Shown here: piece by piece, positions 13,819 through 27,100 of the stretch
Layout: each line of letters starts with the position of its first letter
How positions within the stretch are numbered: the stretch's first letter is position 1
Position numbers and translations under genes: made by a program
NCBI RefSeq assembly: GCF_964194025.1
Contig: NC_134469.1
Location: 3,534,001-3,598,000, forward strand
Reading direction: 5' to 3'
Source: Convolutriloba macropyga
Lineage: Eukaryota
Length of the DNA: 64,000 bases
Notes under the pieces: generated by a model
Seen by the model: the letters and a program-made list of their open reading frames with translations, nothing else
Told to the model about the DNA's origin: nothing
Databases searched by the model: none

Positions 13819-16735
13819 GTGATTGAATTCAATAACACCCTATTATAGAGCCACGGAAGTTCAAAAGACTTTAAAAGTCAAACTTTCAATAGGGTTTTCA
13901 CTAAAGTGGAGCTAAAGGCTATAAAATTTTTCATTGTGATTTTTTTGGGCTCAAAATTGTCATTTAATAAAATTTCTTGGTTGACAATTGTCTTCCAATG
14001 GTTGAGTGCTCCCCTGTTTGTCGAGAATTTAAGAGTAGTCCAACTTATTAATGCCGAATGACAGTACTTAAAACCCAAAATCTGGTCATTTAACCTGAAG
14101 ACATTCACTGCAGAAAGTTTTTTTTACAAATCTTTTTTTTCTGAAAAAACAGTTGAATACATGAAGGGAACGTGCGTGAATGTGCTCAGTCATTATTGGT
14201 TCTCAAAAATTGTATTGAGGACAATCTACCAAAATCCAAGTTGTTACTTCACCCTTTGAAATTATTGAGCCAGTAACAGTCTCGCGAATATGCTTGTTGA
14301 CAAACATATTTAGTTTTTCATTCACCTCCTGGTGGTTGAGTTTCACTCTCTAAGAGTGGAAGGCAAGGTTTTCATCAACCTCTTTGAAATATAAAGATGA
14401 GTACACTACAACTGAGTACAAAGAAAAAAAGACTACCATTGAGAGCAAAATGAACTATTGACACGAAAACAAAGAAGAAAACGATTGACAATTGAAAAAA
14501 AGGTTATATAAAATTGACGACAAATTGATGAGCGAAGAAAAAAATGAAAATCTTTGCATTAGATTTTTCTATAATTTTGACATAGAAAACTGATGTTACA
14601 AGACTTTCTTGCTCTTAAATAATTAGCAATTCTTATATCATTGTTTTATTTTAAAATGCATGCAACTCAAATAGAAGTTACAAAAGTTTAAGTAAAAAGT
14701 TTTGACGCTCTTATCTAAAAGATGTTTCTGTTGAATAAATTTTTTGTTGAATCTGACAAAATGGCTTTCCATTTGTCGGCACCTATTAATAAAAATTATT
14801 TGTTATGGATATTCTAGGATCAGATCATCTTGAAACATTTTTGATTAAGACTCCAGATCCTCTGACATCAAATTTGACCCTACCTCTCAAACTATTTTGT
14901 TCATCAAAAGAGTTGAAGACACTTGTTTTTTACGAAAAAAAACCATCATAATTGACATCAACTAAGAATTAATGCCTTTTCTATTTCAGTTGAAATAGAT
15001 TTGACGAGAGCAATAAAAAAACAACCGAGATTTCAGGCTAATTTGTAGAAAAAAATTAGTGTAAAATGAACCGAAGACAAATGCGCAAAAATGATGATAG
15101 TGACAATAAATAATTAGCAATTATTTTTGTTCTACTGTTATGTTGTGAACTCCACACATAGGAATTTTACTGAAGCAACTGCAATTCAAAAAAATTCGAA
15201 ATACACTTGGAGATCATATTAAAAGAGAAGAAAGTAAGCAAAGGTTCCACTAATCAGAAAGTTCAGAATTTGACAACTCCTCAAAAAGGAAGAAAATGAG
15301 GGATTCTCAAAGTTAAATACGTCTTTTGACATGTCAAATTTGGCTGAAAAAGGGATCGGAAAAAATCTCTATGATCTAAATTCTTTCTGTTTTCTTCTTT
15401 CTAGTCTTTTTTTTCGGTTTAAAAAAATGCAACTTCGAAGAAAAAAAGACATTCAAATTTTGGTCATTCATTTTGCATGAACATCAGCCACCCTCAACAT
15501 TTTCATCGGCGATAATTTGAATAAATCAAAAGATACAAAAAAATATCCTTACTTTTTGATTATTGCATCAAATTTTGCTATTGTATCAATACCATGGTAT
15601 TGCATCAAAACCATAAAAAAGAAATTCGTGAAAATTGATCTGAGGACAAAGGTGCAAAAATGATAATAGTATCAATTAAAAGTTAGTGTTTTTTTTGTTT
15701 TTCTGTCATTTTAAGAAATTCAGACGTTGGGATTTTATCAAAGCGACTACAATTCAAAAAAATCAATTTACACTTGGAGGTTACAGAAATTTGCAGAAGT
15801 TAGCAAAAAAATAACCAAATTCGTGCGCATCTCAATATGAAAACATAGCCGATAGAATACTGGAAACTACTTGAAGAGTCACGCATTAAAAATACCAAAC
15901 CAACCCCCACCTATTTCAGAAATATTACAAATGATGTAAAAACACAGCAAATTATACTTCAAAACAACTATTTTTAATTAAAGAAGGTAGGAGGTGGGGT
16001 GTAGGTACGCGCAGGATGTAGGTGGGAGGTGCCCGGGGTAGGTAGATAGGGATTAGGCGTGGTGGCTAGGTAGGTGTAAGGGGTTATGTGGAGGTAGTTT
16101 CCTTGGGAGGGGCGATTAATTAGGTTTTTTTTGGGGGGGGGGGGCATAATAGGCAGAGAGGTTTGATATGTGTCCGGATGGTCTGTAATTTAGATAGATG
16201 GGAGGGAATTATATGGTCAAAAAATCTCATAGTGGCGTTTTCACAATTAAAATTCAATGTTTGAAATTAATAGTCAACTTCCAAAAATAGAGGTAAATAC
16301 TAGAACGGAATGAAGTCAAAGTTCAAGGCATGAACAAATTTGTTTTAGCTAAAAAAACCTGTAGAATACAAATACTCCTCTTCGAGTTGTTGATATCCAG
16401 TATTTATTAAGCTTTTGCGAGTAACAAAGGATAAATTTTGCCTAAATCAGCTGATTTCAGAACAAGCAAATTTGCTGAAAACTTGCCGAAACTTTAACAG
16501 CCCGTCAAAACTTTAAATTTTAGAAGCCTCTAAGTCAAATTTTACAATACTCTATAATTGGCGATCTCTCTAATGACGTGATATATAGTTTTCCGTTTTT
16601 CACACCACATAAAGTTAACGTTCTCAGCATTCCGCATGCAGACACCCCTCCCCCACCCCCTACATGCCCCCCCCCCCCCCAAAAAAAAAGAAAGAGAAAA
16701 GATCATTTAAAACAATGATAAAAATCAAGTCTTAC

Positions 16736-17051
16736 AAGATGCAAAATGTGCCGAATAGCCACCAATCGCAACATGGTCTAATCCAAATGTATTTCGCATC
16801 AAAGCCTTCAGTACACGTAATCCTTCAATGACACATTGTGCAACTGAACTGATTTCTTCTCCAGTGACCTTCTGACCTTCAGACGACAATTTCAGAAAAA
16901 TCTGATCAGCTCCGCCTTTTTCTATGAATAACTTCGTCACATTTTCAGGCGTTGACGCTAACTTCCGTCGTAATTTCACCATATTTTCAGTCGAAAAATC
17001 CTGCAATAGTTTAAAAAGAACATCAGCTTCATTATCGCCAGATTCGCTCAT
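16736..17051 (-). CDS. INF2-like formin (GBD/FH3-DID domain), coding exon 1
   Basis: MSESGDNEADVLFKLLQDFSTENMVKLRRKLAS...FIEKGGADQIF...LRVLKALMRNTFGLDHV resembles the INF2 DID N-terminus ([22 protein letters not shown]...FLEQSGLDLL...CVRAVMNSRQGIEY). GTAAGA donor at 16735, phase 1. Confidence 0.85.
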
Positions 17052-18841
17052 TTGTAAAATTATTGGCTAAAAGATAAGAAAATACGTAGCTGAAAATTAT
17101 AATATTTTTACGCGTTAAAGCTTTTATTACTTTCTGTATACGCTGCAGAAACCAGCAAACAGTAGAAAAAAGCTGAAGAAAATCTAGCAAACGTTTAAGA
17201 GCTGGCTCTGCTTTAGCAAAACAGTCTGATTGTGTTTATTTTTGAACGTCAATCAAGTGTTACAAATAATGTTCTTGATCGGATTATAAATTTATTATAA
17301 CGAGCCGACTATCTTTGTAAGATGTACACCTTTTCTTCAGATTACATTACACAAACTGAAGTCAATCAATTCGAGCCTGAAAGGGTAATTGCTTTGACCA
17401 AGGACAACAGGTGTTATAGACATTGTGGTATCAAGTTCTAGATAACTAGCTGGAGGAAAAAAATAGGAAAAACTAGGAATGTTTTTTTTTGAGGCTCAAT
17501 AACAGCTCCGTACAGTACTATGTGTACTCTTAAAGCGTTAAACTTGACCAAAATTTTCATTTGCGCTAAGTTGTGAAACGCTGAAGTTTCAAATGAGATC
17601 TCATTCTCAAGTTATCTATAATTACACAAAAAAGGATTAAACTGTTTTATTTTTTTTTGCTGTTCGCCACGCTGTTGCGCTTCGAACTGTAAAATTTTCA
17701 TGGATAAAAACAAAAGCAACTCAATTTGAAGCTAAAATGAGATACATAGTGTGCATTAAAATGTTATCAAAAAACAGGCTCAAATCAATTGGGCAAGCTC
17801 TGCTGAGAAATGAAATGAGATTTCTTGACAAAAAAAACAAATTCAAAATCAGACAAGCGATCACTTAGGCTTTCAGTACCAATACAATCAGATGGAAGAA
17901 AACTGTTTGTTATTTGTTTATATAGCAATAGGATCTACTTTACTTTCCAATTTTCGAAAAAAACGGAAAAAAATAGCATTTTAAGGCCGTATTTTGCAAC
18001 GAATTGTGCTACTGAGCATAAATAAAACAATGCCAGTAATTTTGTTAAAAAAAAAGGACTGGTTGGTATCGGAATAGTTACCAAATAGTCTCGATCTGAA
18101 CAAATAAAAATGTATGAGCAATTGGAAAACAAAAATCGAAACATACACATTTTTCTGGCAAACTTAGACAAAAAATCTTGATTTTTAACTTAGATGTCGC
18201 TAGAAAATGGTGTGCAAGCAATACAGATTGGCTAATAAATGTTTAACAGACTAAAAGCGTAATTACCTGTTATTGAGAACCGATTTGAACTCAAAAGTGA
18301 ACTGTTTGATATTTGATGGTTTTTAATGTTTTTTTTTCATGTGTATGAGGCTCTTTATTACCATAGTAAAAATGTTGAGATCCAAACGTTTCTATTCAGG
18401 GAAATGAGAAGATGAAATCATGAAAAGAGCAAAAATTCAAACTAGTTTTCTGAACCAATTTTGAGAGAGCATTGTTATCCAAACAAAAAGCAAAAGAATA
18501 CGACGAAAAGATGGCTATTTGTGCGTGGTGATTTGCATACGTTTACAGTGCTCAGCACGTTTACAGTGTTTTCCGTTCAAAACATTTAAGCGTGAAAATT
18601 TTTAGTATCCACAGAGCAAGATTTGAATCTAAGATGCTAAATAAGCGTATTTGAGTTACAAAAATAAATATTTTCTGTTGAAGGCGTGTCTGACTCATTT
18701 TTCAAAAAAGATCAATTTTAACAGCTGACATCAGTTAGTTAATAAGCAAAATTTTTCTACAAAAAAACTTTTTTAACTGTTTAATCGCTGTTGTCCAAAT
18801 AAGCCAACATTTTTATCACTGTAATCCAGCCCTGAACTACA

Positions 18842-19332
18842 TGTGATGGCTTCAAAGAACCATCAAGAAGCTTAGAAGTTTTCTTTATTAAAGTTTCAAA
18901 GAACAAAAGATGAATTTACCTGCTGCTATGTCGATAAGTAATGGCCACAAAACCAAACTCAATTCTAATCGTCTTTTGGCGCTATCATTATCTTATTGAC
19001 TTATCAATCATATGTCAGAAGTAATTTCTACCAACAAGAGAAATCTGATTCTAACATCCACTGACCTCCAACTGATGAACTCGATTGTACCTAGGACATA
19101 TATGATTCTCATGAAATGAAAATAAATTAAAAAATCACCTCCGGGATTCAAAACTAAGATCTATTCACATGCCAATCAAGTAAAATAATTTTAGCTCATC
19201 TAAATTCTCTCTGTATATTGGTGCATAGATAACAATTATAAATACGAGCTAATTTTTGTATATTTTTAGCTCTAACTTTAATTTAAAATTCAATTTATTG
19301 AATTCTTTTGATCCGTGTTATCGCCCACGACG
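18842..19332 (+). repeat. Gypsy 5' LTR
   Basis: Starts tgtgatggcttcaaag, ends tgttatcgcccacgacg; colinear with 22416-22917. Confidence 0.92.
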
Positions 19333-22300
19333 ATTGTGTCCAGACCAACTACAGACATACAAATTTTGGATCTACAAAATACAGAATCAGCTACTGCTTG
19401 GATTTTGTCTTTTGTGGCGAAATGTCGCGCAGAGAAGAAAGAGGAGAAGATCGACACCGATGGTACTGTATAGGACCTAAAGGAAACCAATTTCCTAGTA
19501 TGTGCGGACAAGAAGCAATTATTTAACTTAGCAGCCTAATTTGTCCTAAGAATTTAATAGACACTCCGTATAAAGACATCAGGTTGGCTATTCAAAATTA
19601 TATTTCTCCTAAAGAGAGAGTATCAAAAGCAGAAAAGGCTAAATTTCTGTCCGTAATACAAGGTGTAGGGGAGTCAGACGACAATTTCCTTGCACGTCTT
19701 AGAGAAGAAGCACGCTATTGTGACTTCGAAAAACTCAAAACAGCCGCAACCTTTAAGAGGAGTTGGTAGAAATAACGTTTATCTCAGGTTTGAGGAACCC
19801 TGAAACAAAACTTAGACTACTAGACGGTATTGAAGCAAAACCAACAATGTCGATTACTGAATTGACCGAGAGTTTACAGTTCAGAAGTCAAGCAATGGCT
19901 TTTGCAAGATCTTCATCAGGTAATAAGCCTTTTACTATGAAATAAGATGTTGGGTTCAACATCAAAAAGACCGTTCGAAAACCTAATGAAAAATTTACGG
20001 CTAACAAAAGCAACAATACGCGCACTAGATGTGGAGGTAAGCCACATTCTAGTAGACCTTGTCCAGCGCTAAGCAAAAAATGCAAGACCTATGAAAAGTT
20101 GGGGCACTTCTCAAAAATGTGTAGAAGCAAACCCCAATCCAATTCATGTAAGGACATTAAACAGAAAAATTTTTGCGAAGAAGAGAACAATTCTTCACAG
20201 CAAGCATCTCCAGAATCAAGAATTGGAATGTTTTATACTAAAGAACAAGTTTTATACAAACAATTAGCATCGGAAATGGGAAAGTTTTATACTAAAAAAC
20301 AAAAGATAAGACATCTCGAAGCTTATGATGGTCACAAATAACGCTTCTGGGATCACCTTCTTCTGACGTTGAGTAGAACGAAGGCAGGCTGACTCAAAAA
20401 ACGAGCAGTTGTGCAGAATTATAAATAATTTGGACTACTTGGTAGAGACCTTTTACCAAAGCACGGTGTGAACAACATCACAACCGAGCACTGAGACTTT
20501 GCGTGGACTTGAAAGTGCATATCAATGGCAAGGTCATGCATGAGGACTACCCAATACCAGACATGAAGACAATCTGCCACAACCTAAATGGGGCCTCACA
20601 TTTTGGCAAATTTGACCTATCAGATGTCTACTATCAAATTGAACTTGACAAAGAGGCAAAAAGTATATGCACAATCATCACATCTCAGGGAGTGTTCAAG
20701 ATGTGCCGACTACCTCAGGGATTCAAAAACTGTTCTTCAATCTTCCGGAATTGCATGGAATCAATACTCAAAGAAATGAAACGTGTTACGACCTTTCAAG
20801 ACGATGTGTTGGTGTATGGAACTACCATGGAACAGTTCGATAAAAAAAGGCTTGCATTCAAGAGTCGACTACGTGAGGAAAAATTTTACTATTAGTGAGA
20901 AAAAGTCTAACAAAAACCGGTCAATAGCGTTAGTTTTTTGGGATACTCCTTTTCAAAGGAGGGAATAGCGCCAGATCCCAAACATGGTGAAAAAATAAAA
21001 ATGCAAAAGCAACACCTAACAACAAACAATTCAAACCGTTTTGTCGGGCTAGCAAAATTTTCCGGAAGAAAAGATTCCCGATTTTGCAGCAAAAATGATA
21101 CCTTTAAATAACATGAGAAATAGCGATTTCTCAAGGGGCAAAATGCAACAGAAAGCCTTTGAAGACAAAAAAAATGAATTATGTGCAAAACCACTCGTAT
21201 AGCCATATAGTCTACAAAAAGTAGCAACAGTTACTACTGACGCCTCTGAAAACGCCATTGGCGTGTTCTTTCGCCGGAAGGACATCCAGTCATAAATGTA
21301 TAAAAAAAATGACTCCAGAGGAGCAAAACTACTCAATCATAGAGCCGGAAGCACTGGTAACCACTCAAATATCTCTTTGCACCAGACGAAGAGATCCCGA
21401 AGACAGCATCAGCTAAAATCACAAGGCGGGCAATAGCTCAAATGATGGCATGGTGGCCTGGAGGTACCCAAGACGTTCAACATGTAAGAATTTTCCAATG
21501 AACAGGTCTAGCATGGGAAAAACAGACTCTGCGTGGCCAGAAGCCGACGTTTGAGAACGTCTCCACTTACACTGGGGTTATCTTAAGGACCAAGGCAACA
21601 TCCTAGTACTTGTTGGCGAAGGCTCTGGCTGGATAGAAGCTTTCCCCGTAGAAAATAGAACATCAGAAACAGTTAAAGTATATCTTAGTTAACTCTTTGC
21701 AAGACTCGAAAACCAAAAACTTTAGTATCGGATAATGGTCCTGAGTTTGTAAGTGGTGAGCTTCAACAGTGGTGTGAATCACTTGGAATTAAGAAAATGA
21801 AATCACCCGTCTATCATCCAGGAGCTAATGGACTAGCGGAAAGAGCAGTTCAGACAGTGAAGCGGGCACTTCAAGCATGGAGTTCCAATCTTAATTTGTC
21901 ACTTGGAGCATTCCTGAAAAGTGCACTGATGACACATTGCAACACTTTAAAGACGAGGAGCAAAACTCTAGTTCAACTTCCGTTGGGACGCAGAGTGAGA
22001 CTACCAGAAATAGCAGATTTCGAATTGTGCGAACCCATTCTATTCAAAGCCAATGAAAAGACAAAGACAGTTCCTGCTACCTTCATCATCAGTAAGGACT
22101 TGAACAAATCTTTCATACAGCCCGAAAACTCAACAAGGACTCTTCTAGTGAGCGAAAGCCAATTTGCGAGACTAGAAGAGGACAAAGTGAAAACCGAACC
22201 AGCAGTGGAGGAGACCATATCTCAATCAGAATCACAACATCAGAACACAGTTGTGGGACCTTCACATCAGGATTAAGCTTCTGCAGCCACATCAGCTGCA

Positions 22301-22415
22301 GAGCACCAACAACCCGAAACACCAGAGCCTTCACGAACATTAACAAGAAACAGAAAACAATCCGACAGATTTGGAGAACCTATACCCACAAACTTGCTTA
22401 GAAATGGAGGGAAGA

Positions 22416-22917
22416 TGTAATGGTTTCAAGGAAACATCAAGAAACTTAGAAGTTTTCTTTTTTAAAGTTTCAAAGAACAAAAGAAGAACTTACTTCACGA
22501 ACTTTGCTGCTATGTCGATAAATATTGGCCACAAAACTAAACTCAATTCTAATTTTCTTTTGGCGCTATCATCATCTTAATGACCTATCAATCATTTTTC
22601 AGAAGTAAATTCTCCCACCAACAGAAACCTGATTCTAACATCCACTGACCCCCAACTGATGAACTGGATTGTACCTAGGCCATATATGATTCTCATGAAA
22701 CGTTGATGATAGTGGAAAATCAGCTCCGGGATTCGGAACTCAGATCTAATCACATGTCAGTCAAGTAAAATGTTTTTAGCTAATCTAAGTTTTCTCTATA
22801 TTTTCGCATAGATAACTACTATAAAGACGAGCTTATTTTTTTTATATTTTTCATTTCCAAATTTAGTTTAAAATACAATTTACTGAATTCTTTTGACCCG
22901 TGTTATCGACCACGACA
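22416..22917 (+). repeat. Gypsy 3' LTR
   Basis: TG...CA ends (tgtaatgg...cacgaca), preceded by a polypurine tract. Confidence 0.93.
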
Positions 22918-23673
22918 CTATAAAAATTCAGTTCTGTAAATTTAGTTCTGTAATTTTGTGACCAGATGCTCGCCATGCCTCTTTTCAACATAAAATGCCA
23001 AAAATCGTGCAGAAAAGTGATCAAACTCAGGCTATGTTATGCTCAAAGAAAATCATAATTTTTTAATTTTCAAAATGAAATTAATCTGTCCACATAATGC
23101 GGAGTACCATTTTCTAAATCTGTGTATTTCTTTTTCCAGCCTAAAATTTGTCTCTTCAGGAAAAAAACACCTATTCTCAGCGAATACATGAATGAAAAAG
23201 AGACAAACCGCATAATAGCTAACCTTGATAAAGAAACAAAACCGATCACTCGACTGAGGTAAATTGTTCGTAACTTTTATATAATTGGTAAAAAATTTTT
23301 TCCTAGTTGAAAAACAGTTTCCGCAACTTTTTCATCAACTGTTCAAGCACTCTGACATTCCGGTCTTCATGGAGTGCTGGTCGTTACGACTCAGCTTTTC
23401 CTGGAAACTTCAAAGTGGTCTGATCGTGGCTGAAATTCTTAAAAATCCACCAATTAAGTCTGGAACACTGCTGCTTTTGTTGGAACGAAGCGAACGCCAT
23501 CTATCGTTACCTGGATCGATTAGACAGATATTCTAAAAAGTTTTAAATTTTAAGGAGAAGTTATAACATAATTGCCCAGTTTGAGGTGCGGGTTAATGAT
23601 CAGATCCATATATACGATAATCAGCCGTGATCAGACTTTTTCGCTCGTTACTCATACGTGCTCGCTCTTAATA

Positions 23674-23733
23674 CGGTCTTTGATTATATAGTAGGATATG
23701 GCATTTAGCCTCCTACTATATAATCAAAGTCCG
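23674..23733. repeat. 60-bp hairpin / inverted repeat
   Basis: ctttgattatatagtagga (23678-23696) is the exact reverse complement of tcctactatataatcaaag (23711-23729); 14-nt loop; the stem extends 4 bp further with one mismatch. Confidence 0.9.
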
Positions 23734-24169
23734 AATTTCTTTCCGTTTTGTATTCTAATTCAGCTTTGTGCTAAACTGCTGCCTAAATTATAACATTGCG
23801 TTGAACATGTTTTAAGCCTGCGTGAAAAGTTATTTTTTTCTGATAATTTTAAAAAATTCCTCACCTGAATTACATTCAAGAATATCCAACCTTTTGGGAA
23901 ATGTTGAAAAGATGTGGTATATGTTCTGTCAAACGTGGTCGAGGATCATGAGATCCAAATTAAGATCTTTCCTACCTATTCTGGCAGCCTTTTGTTTGTG
24001 TTTTCTGCTGTGAAACTCAACTGGCTACGGACCAACAAACTTGCAATATATCCTGTTGTCAGGGATTGTTTCAGGTGGATGCTATTAACCACAAACGTCC
24101 GCATCCATGACTTGTAGGATAAGCATTTGGAATACCCTTATCAAATAGTTCTCGAAATAGCGTAGAATT

Positions 24170-27100
24170 GTTGATGACAACGCTCTTAATTCGAATATAA
24201 AACATCTAAAGAATTGGCTTCATAATAATAATCTCAAGCTGAATGCGCAAAAATCCCAACTTATGTGGTTTTTTGGACCAAAAATTAAACAATATTGCTG
24301 GAAAAATGAAAAAATTAGGCGTTTCTCGAAAAGTCAAAAATCTGGATGAGACAGCAGATGGATGCTTTACGTTCAAAAAGCCGCGTCAGAAGTGCACTTA
24401 TTAACATGTCGTCTCTTGTCTTTGTGCCTTTGAGGATATACAAGGGCACAAGTAGAATTATCATTCTAACCCTTTACTAGTTATATTCTCGACCCATGAT
24501 AAAAATTTTTTTGTTGATATCTGGTTCACTAAATAAAGCTGTCTATGGGACAATTTTGCAAGTACCTAAAAAAATGGTTAGAATGAAAAGTTTCAGATGT
24601 ACTCGTGAAAAATCTGAGTTCTGTAATAACTCAGATAGGTTTTAAATGTTTTTGATCTGCTGTCCGTTCCAAAGCATCTATATAATGTCTTCTCTATGAA
24701 CTAATTAGTTATTTGGGCCTGCCTTGTAAAAGAAATTCCGCAGTTGCAATCCGTTTCAGCTTTTTCGTAAGAAATTTTTTTAACTTTCTTTACTCTTGAT
24801 GAAACTGTTAAAAAACATTAATTTCTATCAATCCACCTTAATCAAAAACCCCGCATCAATGGCCTCCTCAACAATACCCTCACGTCAATTTTCCTCCAGT
24901 TGTGGACTTGAAACCCCTTGTACAGCTTTGACCACCCCCATCCCCATCACCAAGCAAACCTACGAGGTTTAAGAATATTGTGAAGAAGTCAATCGTAAAG
25001 CCAATCAGTATACTCAGGAAACTCCTCGTCCGACTTTTTTTGCTAAAACTGCTAACGCTTTTGGTCCGGCCATTAATTTTTTTGCTGAACCATTTACTAA
25101 AAAACAGTTTGCTAACAGATCTGAGAATGATTCATAATAACGTACGCAAATTTAATCAAAATTGAAGCATAATTTTCCTTGTACTGAAAACCTCTTCGAG
25201 GTTATCAACTGAAGGCGTTCAACTTGAGAATAATTGCTATTCCGACAATGTCCTTTCTATAAACTATTCAGTGCTTTGGACATTTTTTGTAAAAGGATTC
25301 CTCGTTGGAGGTCTGTTTCGAGCTTTACTTCAATTTTTTTTTGCTTAATCTTAATAAAATGTTGTATTAATATTATACTTTTTCTTGACTCCACTCATTC
25401 AAAAAGCACACGCTCATCCCTCAGAAAAAGACTTGCCCGTCAATCTTTCCCGTAAAAAGGGTATTTGATCAAAAAAACCGACAATCTGATCAAAAACACT
25501 GCAAACATGATAAATGTATGAGTGACGATGTCCTCGCTCTTTGTGCTAAACTAATGAGTGCTGCAATAAAACAAAAAGTACAGATTGAACCTTATTTTGA
25601 TATTTATAGGTTTCCAAATGATTGAGAGAATAGATCAAAAATGAATTTCCTTTTATTTAATTTTGAACGGTACCTGAAATTTAGAAAGTTTTATATGTAA
25701 AATAAATTACGAAAAATAGTTTTTTAGGATATGAATGATAAAAAATTGTGCTTAAAACTTTATATGAGTTGCGAATTGCCTATCCTAGTTTGACAGAAAA
25801 TATTCTTCAATTTTTACTTTTGTCCATTGAAGGACATCCACTCATCTTCTAACTAATGTAGAGCTAAGGATTTGTTTACTCTGATCTGTCCTAATGTATT
25901 TTGTTGCATTTCAAAATCAGATCATTAAATAAATTACATGTGTGCAGACTATAACAACCTTTTCTAAAGTTATCAGCCTACCGATGACAACGCTATCATT
26001 TCGAATATAAAACGATTAGTGAATTGGCTTTTTAAAAAAAATTTCAAGCGGAATGCGCAAGATTCCCAACTTATGTGGGTTTCTGAACGAAAAATCAAAC
26101 AATATTACTGTAAAAATAGAAAAAGTAGCCGTTTCTTGAAAAGTCAAAAGTCTGGTTGAGACATTACTCGGAAGTCTCATGTTCAAAAAGTCACGTCATT
26201 AGTGTATTTATTAACATTTCGTCTCGTGTCTTTCTGTTTTTGAGGATATGCAAGGCCACAAGTAAAAAAGTCATCCTAATCAATTACTTTCGACTAAGGA
26301 TATCATATTGTTTGTTGATATCTGGTGCAGCAATTGAAACTGTCCGTAATCCAATTTCTACAGTATAAAAAAAATTTTACAATGAAAAATTTCAATTGTC
26401 CTATTCAAATACCCACTCAGATTTCTTTAAAACTCTGGTATTTTAAAGGTTTTTGAACTGTTGTCCATAAAAAATTTGCGCACTGAAGGTCCAGTTCAAA
26501 CTTTTGTCATCTTATTTTTTAACTTTTGGTGCTCCTGATCAGGAAGTTGAAAGAGTTTAAGTCCTCTTCTTTACCGCACTCAATGAAAACTCAAAGTTCA
26601 CGCCCTCCTCGCCAATAATCTTTTGTCAATTTTACTCAGGGTATGGGTTTGACACCTTTCATACAGCCTTGGTCGCATCTCAACTTTGAACCTCTCATCT
26701 TCTTCAACAATTACACCTCGGAATTTTAAAGATATTGAGAGGTAGTCTATTATTAAACAAATCAGTAAACTCAAGTAAAAAGAGTTTGATATATGATCAG
26801 AGAATGAGTCATAAAATCATACACAAGTTCACTGAAAACTTAAACTTAATAATCTTCTTAGTGAAAAAAATTTCAAAGTTTTCTACTGAAGGCGTTGAGA
26901 TTGAGAACAGTTGATTATTCTGAAAATGACCTCTCTTGAAAAATTTTTGTGCTTTTGACATTCTGTGTAAATAGTTTCCTCGTTGAAGGTCTGTTTCTCG
27001 TTCTTTGTATGAATCTTTCATCTGTTGCTGCTCTTAATTAAAAAATTGAATCAATATAATCGTTTGTTTTTGACTCCACGCGGACACAATTCTCACACCC

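Larger units (their letters stand above)
18842..22917 (+). mobile_element. Ty3/Gypsy LTR retrotransposon (Mag-like), old and internally deleted
   Basis: Two ~490-500 bp LTRs; TSD ctaca/ctata (one mismatch); PPT agaaatggagggaaga (22400-22415). Gag remnant (QGVGESDDNFLARLREEARYCDF plus decayed CCHC knuckles); RT DYPIPD..FDLSDVYYQI..LPQGFKN..FQDDVLVYG; RNase H TDASE; integrase VSDNGPEF and SPVYHPGANGLAERAVQTVKRAL. Many stops and frameshifts. Confidence 0.95.

Noticed and set aside
19070-19125. CTGATGA in the Gypsy LTR as a hammerhead core
   Set aside because: No stem II followed by GAAA and no stem I/III pairing.
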